Positions 46,940 to 56,454 are shown, counted from the first letter of the stretch. The stretch is DNA of 64,000 nucleotides from a candidate division FCPU426 bacterium (GCA_963840035.1 CAWIXE010000001.1:128001-192000), one strand, 5' to 3'. The notes: generated by a model from the letters alone, not told the origin. Translations and numbers: made by a program.

Positions 46940-47860
46940 GTAGAGAGGGGGCTTGCCCCCCATTAAGACGCAGAACCTTCCCGGAGAGGCAGCAAGCCGC
47001 CTCTCTACATGGATGTAAATATTTGCAGCCAATGCACCCATAACGTCTTCGTAGAGAGTGGGCTTGCCCCCTCTTAAGACGCAGAACCTTCCCGGAGAGG
47101 CAGCAAACCGCCTCTCTACATGGATGTAAATATTTGCAGCCAATGCACCCATAACGTCTTCGTAGAGAGGGGGCTTGCCCCCCATTAAGACGCAGAACCT
47201 TCCCGGAGAGGCAGCAAGCCGCCTCTCTACATGGATGTAAATATTTGCAGCCAATGCACCCATAACGTCTTCGTAGAGAGGGGGCTTGCCCCCTCTTAAG
47301 ACGCAGAGCCTTCCCGGAGAGGCAGCAAACCGCCTCTCTACATGGATGTAAATATTTGCAGCCAATGCACCCATAACGTCTTCGTAGAGAGGGGGCTTGC
47401 CCCCTATTAAGACGCAGAGCCTTCCCGGAGAGGCAGCAAGCCGCCTCTCTACATGGATGTAAATATTTGCAGCCAATGCACCCATAACGTCTTCGTAGAG
47501 AGTGGGCTTGCCCCCTCTTAAGACGCAGAACCTTCCCGGAGAGGCAGCAAACCGCCTCTCTACATGGATGTAAATATTTGCAGCCAATGCACCCATAACG
47601 TCTTCGTAGAGAGTGGGCTTGCCCCCTCTTAAGACGCAGAACCTTCCCGGAGAGGCAGCAAACCGCCTCTCTACATGGATGTAAATATTTGCAGCCAATG
47701 CACCCATAACGTCTTCGTAGAGAGGGGGCTTGCCCCCCATTAAGACGCAGAACCTTCCCGGAGAGGCAGCAAGCCGCCTCTCTACATGGATGTAAATATT
47801 TGCAGCCAATGCACCCATAACGTCTTCGTAGAGAGGGGGCTTGCCCCCTCTTAAACGCAG
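46940..47860. repeat. Tandem array of 8 full plus 1 partial 111-bp REP-doublet units
   Basis: Unit starts 46940, 47051, 47162, 47273, 47384, 47495, 47606, 47717, 47828; each has GTAG-hairpin ... hairpin-CTAC. Confidence 0.97.
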
Positions 47861-47898
47861 GGCCTGCCTTGAGGCGCAGCCATTTACAAAATCCCAAA

Positions 47899-47933
47899 AA
47901 ACAAAAGGGCGGGCTTTCGCCCGCCCTTTGTTT
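47899..47933 (-). terminator. Intrinsic terminator
   Basis: AAACAAAAGGGCGGGC-tttc-GCCCGCCCTTTGTTT. Confidence 0.8.
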
Positions 47934-47943
47934 AAGTTACCCT

Positions 47944-48573
47944 TTAGAACCTTATGCCGATGGCAGCCAGCAGATAATCAAACGCCTTCTGGCAGACCCA
48001 TATGCTGATTTTTTTTTCTTTTCCTTCGCATGAAAGCTTTAAGTCTGCCGTGCCGCGCTCCAGGCCCGTGAACACAAATGAGACATTGCCTGAGCCATCT
48101 GTCGTGGCCGAATTTTTATCAAGGCTTCCCCTGTCGCCTTTTGGCGTGGAAATATTCGTGATCTCTATGGCCACATTTTTACCGGCCATGCCCGCGCCCG
48201 CCGTATCAAGCACGGCCGCGCCTATTTTCGAAGTGTGTTTCCTTTTTATTAGCCTGTCGCATGAGGCGCTTATTTTATCCATGGTAATAAGCGGCAGCGT
48301 TATCACGTCGGGTATAACCGTTCCCGCGTCGATGGAATAATCCGTGCCTGAATCGTCCTGCGACCTCGGTGTTATTTTGTATGTGGCCCCGGGTTCAAGC
48401 CCTGTTAAGCTGTAAGCGTGGTCCGTCAGGTTCTCGTTCTTAAAAGGCATGTCCGCCATTGATGACGCGTCCCTGCCGCATGAAATTCCCGTGTTTCCCC
48501 TCTGCGTTGTCTTCCAAGTCACTGTGGCTGAATCCGTGGTCTGGTCCTTTACTGCGATTGTGTTGATCCCCAT
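47944..48573 (-). CDS. Fn3-like plus bacterial Ig-like (Big_1) domain protein
   Basis: SATVTWKT, H...LTGLEPGATY, TTDGSGNVSFVFT; GGGAGG RBS before MGINT. Confidence 0.75.
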   Translation of the reverse strand: MGINTIAVKDQTTDSATVTWKTTQRGNTGISCGRDASSMADMPFKNENLTDHAYSLTGLEPGATYKITPRSQDDSGTDYSIDAGTVIPDVITLPLITMDKISASCDRLIKRKHTSKIGAAVLDTAGAGMAGKNVAIEITNISTPKGDRGSLDKNSATTDGSGNVSFVFTGLERGTADLKLSCEGKEKKISIWVCQKAFDYLLAAIGIRF

Positions 48574-48734
48574 GTTTCGCCTCCCTGTTTTTTTCCGGCT
48601 TCCCAAAAGCCTCCGTATATACATTGTATATCATATCCGCGCTGTGTCAAGCCTGCGGCCACAAATGGAAAAAGGCGGGCCAATGGCCCGCCTTCCTTAA
48701 TAGTTAATTATTAATTGTCAATTGTTAATTGATT

Positions 48735-48989
48735 TTAGTTGACCGGTACTATGTTTACGATCTTGCCTTTGCCCGTGTCCTGGAATTTAACGATCCCGTT
48801 GACTTTGGCAAAAAGGGTGTGGTCCTTGCCCATACCGACGTTTAACCCGGCTTTAATCTTTGTGCCGCGCTGCCTTACTATGATAGATCCTCCTGTTACG
48901 AGGTTCTCTCCGTATGCTTTAACGCCAAGCCTTTGGCCGTTTGAATCTCTTCCGTTCTTAGAACTGCCTTGCGCCTTTGTGTGTGCCAT
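48735..48989 (-). CDS. rpmA: 50S ribosomal protein L27
   Basis: [33 protein letters not shown]. Confidence 0.98.
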   Translation of the reverse strand: MAHTKAQGSSKNGRDSNGQRLGVKAYGENLVTGGSIIVRQRGTKIKAGLNVGMGKDHTLFAKVNGIVKFQDTGKGKIVNIVPVN

Positions 48990-49051
48990 TTGAGCTCCAC
49001 CATCCTAACCAAAAATTTTGAATTCTGAATTTTCAATTTTCAATTGAAAAC

Positions 49052-49363
49052 TTAAAGCTGAATCTTTTTAACCATAAGAACCGTTGTTTTCTGCCTGTAG
49101 CCCTTGCGCCTTTTGAAATTCTTCCTTCTTTTCCACTTAAAGATCACGATCTTCTCGCCCTTGACTTCTTTTTCCAGGACGTCGCAGATGATCTTTACGT
49201 TATCAAGGTTCGGTTTGCCGACCTTAATCTCATTTTCAGTGGCGATGAGAAGGACTTTATCAAAGATAACTTCATTTCCTTCGACGTTTAACCTCTCTAC
49301 CGAAACCCTCTGGCCTTCCGCCATCTTGTACTGCTTTCCGCCAATCTCAACTACTGCGTACAT
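49052..49363 (-). CDS. rplU: 50S ribosomal protein L21
   Basis: MYAVVEIGGKQYK, KGEKIVIFK.KRRK, GYRQ. Confidence 0.98.
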   Translation of the reverse strand: MYAVVEIGGKQYKMAEGQRVSVERLNVEGNEVIFDKVLLIATENEIKVGKPNLDNVKIICDVLEKEVKGEKIVIFKWKRRKNFKRRKGYRQKTTVLMVKKIQL

Positions 49364-49526
49364 TGTAAAGCCTCCTTATATGTGTAACTGCCTTCATATT
49401 CCCTTTTTCTCATTTAAATCTTCGAGCAGCCGAGCAGCCGAACATTCGACCGCAGCCGCAGGTTTTACGGCTGATCGGATATTCGGCTTTTCGGCTGCTC
49501 CAAAATTTTCGCTTTGCGAAAATTTT

Positions 49527-49602
49527 TGGTGAGCCGGGTGAGACTCGAACTCACGACAGTCGCCTTAAAAGGGCGATGCTCTACCAACTGAGCTACCGGC
49601 CC
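49527..49602 (-). tRNA. tRNA-Lys (UUU)
   Basis: GGGCCGGTAGCTCAGTTGGTAGAGCA TCGCC CTTTTAA GGCGA ...GTTCGAGT...CCGGCTCACCA, 76 nt with CCA. Confidence 0.96.
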
Positions 49603-49916
49603 ATCGTGTAATGCCTTCTATTCCAGCTTCGCTGGAATCTATTCTAACTTCTGGTTACAAGCAAAGCCCGGTAGCGAAGCTCGCTGAGCTGAGGCGCCGT
49701 GTTCGCCGCAAGGCGAACACATATAAATAGCAGCTACCTCTCGCCTTGCCGCCTACTGGCGGCACCGGCCCAACACAACAACGCTCTGCTTTGTCTTGTT
49801 TTAAAGAACAGACAAAAATAGCAAAAATCATTATGATTTTTGCTTGTAAAATCAGGAAAACAAGGCGTTACCTTAACTTTCTTGATTTTTCAAATGCTTT
49901 TATATAGCAAGGGTAT

Positions 49917-49944
49917 ATTTTACACGTTTTATGGACTATGTCAA
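49917..49944 (-). promoter_or_regulatory. Sigma70 promoter for tRNA-Lys/rplU-rpmA
   Basis: TTGACA-N16-TAAAAT. Confidence 0.6.
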
Positions 49945-50065
49945 TATTATTTTGAGATAATTACACATGTTTATGAAGCTATTATTTGCCTTAAAAATAA
50001 GGTTTTTTAACGTTTTGCCCTGTTTTCCAATTGAAAATTTAAAATTGAAAATCGAAAATTCCGCC

Positions 50066-50470
50066 TTACTTACAGTACTCCACGCTTTTTAAGACCGCGT
50101 TTCCCGCCTCATACTCATTCGCGTCAACCACCTTATCCCTGTTTAAAACCAGGCAGTACTCGCCGTCTATGCCTGAAAAATATGGCGCCACGGTTATTTT
50201 TCCTTTTTCCAGCGACGCGGAAAGCATGCTGCTGGACGCGGTCAGCTTTTCCCATGACTTAAATCCGGATGCTGAAAGGATTTCTTCCGGGGTTATTATT
50301 TGCGGTCCGGGCGACTTGAGCACCTGGAGCATAGCTGCCCCGATGTCTTCGGCTGAGTGTTTTCCGCTTAATACTATGACCGGAGAGGTCCAGGTAATAT
50401 TTCCCTCATGGTCCTCGACATTGCCTGTAAAAATAAATCTGTCATTTGAAATGAATATGCTGCAAGCCAT
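50066..50470 (-). CDS. Hypothetical protein resembling CdiI-type immunity proteins
   Basis: SAEDIGAAMLQVLKS, GFKSWEKL, C-terminal EAGNAVLKSVEYC. Confidence 0.55.
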   Translation of the reverse strand: MACSIFISNDRFIFTGNVEDHEGNITWTSPVIVLSGKHSAEDIGAAMLQVLKSPGPQIITPEEILSASGFKSWEKLTASSSMLSASLEKGKITVAPYFSGIDGEYCLVLNRDKVVDANEYEAGNAVLKSVEYCK

Positions 50471-50540
50471 TGTGACACCCCCTTAAATACAAATACATTA
50501 TATCATAAAAAAAGCGGGGTTTACAGCCTGCGCTGTTATC

Positions 50541-50840
50541 GTTATTGTTACAATAGTGTGTAAACTACATGCCGCACTTTTATTCCCTCTCCCCTTGGCT
50601 CCTTATAGTCCCCCTTGCGGGGAGAGAGGGGTAGGGGTGAGGGGAACAAGACAATTGGCTTCACCTCACCCCAGCCCCTCTCCTAAGAGGAGATTGGAAA
50701 ATCACTTATAATATAACAAACATAAATACATCGACTAAATGAATTTTAATATTATTGCTAACAGCCTGCGTTTATCCCCACCTCGGTCCTCCCCTTGGAA
50801 AGGGCTATTTTTAGTACCCCCTTGCGGGGTAGAGGAAGAT
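50541..50840. mobile_element. Degenerate IS256-like MITE with CCCCTCACCC palindromes
   Basis: Left IR GTTATTGTTACAATAGTGTGTAAACT; interior is an inverted copy of 33362-33444. Confidence 0.6.
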
Positions 50841-50866
50841 GGAATGTTCTATTATATTAATACTGC

Positions 50867-51271
50867 TTAGTTCCCCAGCCTTATTACTATGTTCTGGCGC
50901 AAAGACCCGAGGCTGTCGTGGACGCAGATGCCGAAGCCTCCGCAGCCCGCGTGGAAACACGGCGCGCCAATGTTTACCTTTACGTAGTTCCTCTTATGCC
51001 GCGGTTGATGGTGCCTTGCGCGCTGATAATTATAGTCTTCATCATCCATATAAACCGTCCGCTCCCTGTCCTCGGAATACTCGGAGGCGTCGATTTGTTC
51101 CCGCTCTTCGTCTGAAACCCGGTCGTTATCCTCTTCGTCAATATCAGCGTAATCGCGCACGTGTTTGTAGCCGCTGTCATCGCCGGCCAAGCCGAAATAT
51201 AACCCAAACCCGCCTCCAAAACAGAAAACCGCCGTAAACACCATTACAACGGCAAAGATAATTTTTTTCAT
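50867..51271 (-). CDS. Hypothetical exported protein
   Basis: Hydrophobic N-terminus, acidic middle; ECF-like promoter upstream. Confidence 0.6.
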   Translation of the reverse strand: MKKIIFAVVMVFTAVFCFGGGFGLYFGLAGDDSGYKHVRDYADIDEEDNDRVSDEEREQIDASEYSEDRERTVYMDDEDYNYQRARHHQPRHKRNYVKVNIGAPCFHAGCGGFGICVHDSLGSLRQNIVIRLGN

Positions 51272-51298
51272 AATCCACCCCGCGTTTGTATTTTATTT

Positions 51299-51328
51299 TT
51301 AGACGCGTAAGGGCTGGATTTTGTTTAC
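51299..51328 (-). promoter_or_regulatory. ECF sigma promoter
   Basis: GTAAACAA-N16-GTCTAA, same geometry as 34499-34527. Confidence 0.55.
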
Positions 51329-51408
51329 CTGGATACTAACTTTGTCTTTACGAAAACGGGCTTTTGAGAATCGAGAATCGAAAATTGATCAGCAAGCTGG
51401 GATAACTA

Positions 51409-52134
51409 TTATCCGCGTTTTTTTATAACCGCCGTATATGTTGGAAACATACCCCCATAAAACCTCTCCACCTTCCACGCCGTTCCCTCAAGCAGTTTTT
51501 CCATTTCCTTCTTTGAGACAAAAAGATAATCAAACCACTCCCCCATGACCTGCTTTATCATGATGCGCATGCGCGTGTTTCCCGGGAGGCGGCCGCGCTT
51601 TATGTTGCTTTGCCTGTAGGCTTCCTCTTCCCTGCCCGGCGTCCTGTACGGGTCCAGGGATTCCGCGATGATAATTCCGTCAGGGGGCGTCATGGAGTCC
51701 ATGCGCTTTAAGAGCGCCTTTAATTTTTTCGGGGTCTGAAAAAGGCCGAAGTTATGGCCGAGCATGAGTATGGTGTCAAACCTGCCGGTTTTTTTTGATA
51801 TTTTTTCTATGGGGAGCTCAATTACATTTTTCAGCCCGCGTTTCCTGCTGACCTTTACGGCCAGGGGCGAGTTGTCCATGCCTGTCACGTCAAAACCTTT
51901 TTCCTGGAGGTAAATCCCGTGGCGTCCCGCGCCGCAGCCGATATCGAGTACGCGCCCCTTGGCGTGCTTTATGGCGGCTTTCTCGAACATGGGCCAGCGC
52001 TTATAGTCCGTGAAGTACTCGCCTTTGTTCACGTGGAATGTTATGCCGTCGTCGCGCAAAAGCATCTCGGAGCAGGCGCCTGTTTTCATGTACTCAAGAA
52101 GTCCGGCGCCGAAGGCGTCTTTTGATTTTTTCAT
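51409..52134 (-). CDS. Class I SAM-dependent methyltransferase
   Basis: VLDIGCGAGRH, G.DNSP, FDTILMLG.NFG. Confidence 0.92.
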   Translation of the reverse strand: MKKSKDAFGAGLLEYMKTGACSEMLLRDDGITFHVNKGEYFTDYKRWPMFEKAAIKHAKGRVLDIGCGAGRHGIYLQEKGFDVTGMDNSPLAVKVSRKRGLKNVIELPIEKISKKTGRFDTILMLGHNFGLFQTPKKLKALLKRMDSMTPPDGIIIAESLDPYRTPGREEEAYRQSNIKRGRLPGNTRMRIMIKQVMGEWFDYLFVSKKEMEKLLEGTAWKVERFYGGMFPTYTAVIKKRG

Positions 52135-52260
52135 GGGGTCCTTTTATATCATAAATTTCCGGGCAAGCCGGAATAATTATTGTCCTCATTTTATGCTCAT
52201 GCCGTTTCAACCCTTATTGTAGCAAAGTTTCGCAGTTCCCGCAATCACAACACTACCCCG

Positions 52261-52321
52261 GAAAAATGTCAATTTTTTGTGGCCCGCCGCGCTTGTTATT
52301 CTGCCTGCCCGTTGCTATACT
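52261..52321 (+). promoter_or_regulatory. Shared motif plus -10 element (copy 1)
   Basis: GAAAAATGTCAATTTTTTGT-N35-TATACT. Confidence 0.7.
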
Positions 52322-52396
52322 TACACAGACAACAACCGGAACAAAAATCCCGCGCTTAAATTTTTTTGCCCTATTTTTGGGCTCAGGAGGCGGCGT

Positions 52397-52828
52397 ATGA
52401 GAAAGAACGCTTGGACGGATGAATTGCGCACGGGCATTAAGAGCATCGATGACCAGCACAGGGAATTCTTAACAGCCATTTCAGGTGTAATTGAAGCAAT
52501 CGGCTCCAACGGCGAAAGGAACGGAATCTTAAGGTCGCTTAAGGATATCCATGCCGCGGTAAACAGGCACTTTAAAACGGAAGAAAAGTTCATGGAAGGC
52601 AGCAGCTACCCGGATGCGGCGGGCCACATCAGGCTGCATAACGAATTCCAGAAGGAATTCCTGAGACTGGCAAGCCGGGTATACAATGGCGAGACGGGGC
52701 TGAAGTTTTCGAAGGAATTCAGGGAACGCGTGGCCGACTGGTGCGTATTGCACATAAAAAAGAACGACTTCAAACTTGCCTCTTACCTGAAAGCCGAGGA
52801 GGCGGAAAACAACGCAAACCGCCTTTAA
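52397..52828 (+). CDS. Bacteriohemerythrin
   Basis: W...L.TG...ID.QH, HF..EE..M, YP....H...H, W...HI...D; AGGAGG RBS. Confidence 0.93.
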   Translation: MRKNAWTDELRTGIKSIDDQHREFLTAISGVIEAIGSNGERNGILRSLKDIHAAVNRHFKTEEKFMEGSSYPDAAGHIRLHNEFQKEFLRLASRVYNGETGLKFSKEFRERVADWCVLHIKKNDFKLASYLKAEEAENNANRL

Positions 52829-52890
52829 CACAGACGCCGACATCTTAAGAAACCACATACGGTTGCAGGTAAATCAGCCTGTGTGCGGCA

Positions 52891-54288
52891 TTAGAATCCG
52901 TACGTAATATCAGCCATCACATGCGTCAGGTTAAGCTCGTAATTATGCGAAATAAACCCCGTGGACCTTTTTTCCTTCTGCGAAAAATACCTGCATCCGG
53001 CGTTGAGCTTTAAACCGCCGTAATTGAAACCCGCGCCTCCTGTTATGGCGTACTCAGTGACGGAGAGCCTTCCCGGCGCCGGCTCATGCAATCCGGGCCA
53101 GTCAGCGCCCAGCCTTAAGGCGAACATTTCGCTGAATATGTATTCCACGCCGCCGCGTATGCCTCCGAAGCGTTTGTAAACCGAATTTTCATCCTTGTCA
53201 TTTACATTCACGTAGTATTCCACAGGCACTTTTATTACGGCTGTGTCATACGCCGCGCCCAGGGTCATGGCCCCGTTATATTTGGAGTACTGCGTTCCCT
53301 CGGGTGTTACGCTTTTATCAGTCCCAGTAAAATCCATCCTCCTGCCTTTAGCCGAGGCGCTCAGGACAAAAGACGCCGGCAAATATGCCCTGATGCCCAT
53401 GTCCGCGTAATAGCCTGAACCTTTATCCGTGGATGTGGTAACCGTGTCGGAAAAATGCGCGGTGAATGTGGATTCCATTGCCGCGTTTATCATGGCCCCG
53501 CCTGATAAATACGCCCTGACCTCGCCCGGCCTGTCATACTCAAATCCCGCGCCAAGGTTTATCCAGCTGTTCTTAACCTCTATATCCATAATGGAATTCA
53601 AAAGTTTGCCTGAAAATCCTTCCAGGGTATAGTCAAAGTAGTTGTAATCCCCGACATAGGTGTAATAATTATCCGTCTTTGCCCTGTTCTCAAAAAGCGC
53701 ACCCATGAAACCGCATGATATGGCCGCTGTTAATCCGTCCGGGCTTTTGTAATAAGCGTCCACGAGCCATTCCAGCCTGCCTGATGTTATTTTCACCGGG
53801 TTTGTTTCCTCGCGCAGGTAAGTGTAACGCACGGTGGCGCCCGCGCCTATTTCGTCGGTTATTTTGCGCGCGTACTGCGCTTCCCCGCCAGCCTGCCTGT
53901 CTGTGGAGGTAAATGAATTTACAATTACTGTCGAGTTATTATAATAAGGTTTTATGACGATGTTGTCGTAATCGGTTAAACGTATGTTTATCAGGTTGGT
54001 GTTTTCCACAAAGCAGTCCAGCGATTTGAATTCATACAATATCCCGGCCGGGTCCCCCCACGAACCGAAAGAAAGCACGGGCGAAAGCGCCACAATAGTC
54101 CCGGGGTTGTTGAGCAAAATGGCGGAAGCATACCCCGCGCCATAAAGCCCCATGCTGCTCGTCCTGTCGTCCAGGGCAAACTGCACGCCGCCCAAAGACT
54201 GCATGCGCGCGTATCCTCCGTCCCAGGATGAGGAGAATAAGGATGAAGAGGCGAGAAGGCAGAGTAAAAGCAACACTGGTTTTTTCAT
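52891..54288 (-). CDS. Outer-membrane beta-barrel protein (FadL-like N-terminus)
   Basis: Signal peptide, ARMQSLGG, aromatic strands, C-terminal ITYGF. Confidence 0.75.
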   Translation of the reverse strand: MKKPVLLLLCLLASSSLFSSSWDGGYARMQSLGGVQFALDDRTSSMGLYGAGYASAILLNNPGTIVALSPVLSFGSWGDPAGILYEFKSLDCFVENTNLINIRLTDYDNIVIKPYYNNSTVIVNSFTSTDRQAGGEAQYARKITDEIGAGATVRYTYLREETNPVKITSGRLEWLVDAYYKSPDGLTAAISCGFMGALFENRAKTDNYYTYVGDYNYFDYTLEGFSGKLLNSIMDIEVKNSWINLGAGFEYDRPGEVRAYLSGGAMINAAMESTFTAHFSDTVTTSTDKGSGYYADMGIRAYLPASFVLSASAKGRRMDFTGTDKSVTPEGTQYSKYNGAMTLGAAYDTAVIKVPVEYYVNVNDKDENSVYKRFGGIRGGVEYIFSEMFALRLGADWPGLHEPAPGRLSVTEYAITGGAGFNYGGLKLNAGCRYFSQKEKRSTGFISHNYELNLTHVMADITYGF

Positions 54289-54368
54289 GTATTTACCCCT
54301 TTAGGTTTTTGTATATACATGATTTTATCACCACAACAGGAAAAAGAAAAGGGCAATAACGGGCCGCG

Positions 54369-54434
54369 GGGTTGAGGTGAGGTGAAACCAATTGCCCTGT
54401 CCCCTCACCCTACCCTCTCCCGGAGGGAGAGGGA
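54369..54434. repeat. CCCCTCACCCTACCCTCTCCC palindromic repeat
   Basis: Close match to 33385-33444. Confidence 0.75.
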
Positions 54435-54557
54435 GTAAAAATACAAAATAGTCCACGCCCTTCTTTCCTCCACAACCTGTTTAAAATGGAAGGGCAGCTT
54501 TTCAGCCGCCCTTCCTCCATTAGTCATTAGTAATTTGTAATTAGTAATTCGTCCTTA

Positions 54558-56213
54558 TTAAATCCCTCCCACATGCATGTCCTTCGGGCTTGTTATCCTG
54601 AACCTGTACTCCAGTTCCTTTTTTTCTCCCGGTTTCAGGGTTATCTTCCACAGGTATATGTTGTTGTCGTCTATGCTCTCGTGCTTTATGGACTCCTCGT
54701 ACATTTCCACCTTTATCTTCTCCTGCGCCGAGTACGGGATGGCCTCTTTTAAGTTTATTGTGATGGATTTGTCCTTATAGTTCTCAAGGGTGATCTTGTA
54801 GGCGTAGTCGGCCTTCTTGTCCATGCCGAAGAAGCCTGTCTCTCCCGCCTTGGACGGGAGCTTTTCTTTTTTTACCTTTACGTTCTCGTCTATGCCGTAG
54901 GAGAACTTTATCTCCTCGTTGCGCGCGATCTCCGATGAGAGCTCGGCTTTGCCCGAGTAGTTGTCGTCCAGGTAGAGATTAACCGGCCCGGGCATGAGCA
55001 CCATGTCAGCGGTGTTCTTAAATCCGGCTGTCAGGTACGCCTTGTTTGAGGCTGAGGGTATCACGGTGTAGAACATCTTATCCGCCGTGAAGTTTAATGA
55101 CTTTATCAGCACTTTTTTCTGTTCCCCGTTGTTTGAAACGTCATACCTGTCCTTGATCCTCATCTGCATGTTTATCTCGCTGTATTTTACCGACTCCACC
55201 CTGTTTTCCATTTCCATTACCTCAGCCTTATCCTCCGCCATTTCCGCCATTACAGAGGCCTTTGCGGCCGGCGCTTTGCGCAGCATCTGATTGCCGTAAA
55301 CCTGCTGTATCTGGCCGATTATCCACGGCGAAAGCTCCGGCAGCGTCGCGTCAAAAGCAGGCATGCCCGTGGCAATTACGAGCTTCACGTCGTCCCACTT
55401 CTCCGAAGTGTACTGGTTAATCTTGGCGTACATGCGCGTCTCTATCTTAGAGCCGGCAAAATCCAGGTTGCTTTCATAGTAGGGCGTCCATGACGCGTTA
55501 GTGACAATGTATTTTACCCCGAGCGCGGCCTGTGCCTCTTCTTTGGCGTCTATGGAAACATAAAGGACGTTTATGGTCTTATTCCCGCCGGTTGAGAGCC
55601 CGGCAAGCTGCGAATCCAGAACCTGGATATCGTTGTTTATCTTTTCTATTGCCGCGTTGGCGTCGCGCTTGCCTGTCAGGCAGGAATCAATGCCGTTGGT
55701 GATGAAATCCAGGAGCTCCGATGTGTTCTTCACATTAATATCCTTTAAAGCCACCATATTTGAAAGCTCGTCAATGCTCTTGGCTGTTAAGGCGCGCAAA
55801 AACGCGAGCTTGTCGTCCATGACAAGCAAAGTGTCCTGTTTTGCCTTCAGCTGCTTTTTTAATGACTCAAGCTTCCCCTTTATGTCAGCTTCCCCGCCTG
55901 TTGAAGGCGTATTCGGGACAACTATGGACCTGTACTCAAATTCTTTTATGGCGTAAACAGATGTGCCCGCGGGCCTGAATGCCATAAGCGTATCCTGCAC
56001 AAGCTCGGGCGGAAGCCCGCCGATAAAAAACCTGTTCTCCCCTTTTACAAGATTAACCAAACCTTTGCGTTCCACATAAGCGTTCTGCTGGTAAACCGTC
56101 ACAGTATCGGTCTTTAAAGTGATGTTCTTAACCCCGTCTTCAGACCGTAAAACAGGCACTGCCATTACAAAAAACATGAGCAAAACAAGGACATTTTTCC
56201 GGATTCCAGCCAT
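54558..56213 (-). CDS. DUF4140/DUF4139 (MuiA-like) protein
   Basis: VTVY...A.V.R, coiled coil, ASWTP.Y, Q.T.E.W.DV.L, MPGPVNLYLD, W...L.PGE. Confidence 0.9.
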   Translation of the reverse strand: MAGIRKNVLVLLMFFVMAVPVLRSEDGVKNITLKTDTVTVYQQNAYVERKGLVNLVKGENRFFIGGLPPELVQDTLMAFRPAGTSVYAIKEFEYRSIVVPNTPSTGGEADIKGKLESLKKQLKAKQDTLLVMDDKLAFLRALTAKSIDELSNMVALKDINVKNTSELLDFITNGIDSCLTGKRDANAAIEKINNDIQVLDSQLAGLSTGGNKTINVLYVSIDAKEEAQAALGVKYIVTNASWTPYYESNLDFAGSKIETRMYAKINQYTSEKWDDVKLVIATGMPAFDATLPELSPWIIGQIQQVYGNQMLRKAPAAKASVMAEMAEDKAEVMEMENRVESVKYSEINMQMRIKDRYDVSNNGEQKKVLIKSLNFTADKMFYTVIPSASNKAYLTAGFKNTADMVLMPGPVNLYLDDNYSGKAELSSEIARNEEIKFSYGIDENVKVKKEKLPSKAGETGFFGMDKKADYAYKITLENYKDKSITINLKEAIPYSAQEKIKVEMYEESIKHESIDDNNIYLWKITLKPGEKKELEYRFRITSPKDMHVGGI

Positions 56214-56255
56214 TTTAAACCCTCCTGCGTGTTTTGTACTTCCTTCCTACCAGGG

Positions 56256-56282
56256 AAGACACCAACCCGGCAAATAAGTTCC
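56256..56282 (-). promoter_or_regulatory. ECF sigma promoter
   Basis: GGAACTT-N15-GTCT. Confidence 0.5.
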
Positions 56283-56365
56283 ATCGTAAAAGCCTCAGAA
56301 ATCCTCTTCTTATTCCCATTACTTTAAAATGATTATGCTTGCATTGCAGGAAGGAATTAGAACTC

Positions 56366-56454
56366 GTAGGGGCGAGCCGGTGGCTCGCCCGCAACGTTGG
56401 TTGTATAAACGGCTTTTAGTTCTAAAACCGGGCGAGCCACCGGCTCGCCCCTAC
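56366..56454. repeat. Perfect GTAG-type REP doublet
   Basis: GTAGGGGCGAGCCGGTGGCTCGCCCG ... CGGGCGAGCCACCGGCTCGCCCCTAC. Confidence 0.9.

Noticed and set aside
46940..47860. CRISPR array
   Set aside because: Whole units are near-identical with no unique spacers, and there are no cas genes in the window
46880..47897. 312-aa and 332-aa repeat ORFs as real proteins
   Set aside because: A by-product of a 111-bp (3n) unit; two overlapping frames are open, no RBS, and DNA palindromy explains the sequence
49527..52134. Prophage or island integrated at tRNA-Lys
   Set aside because: No integrase and no duplicated tRNA 3' end found
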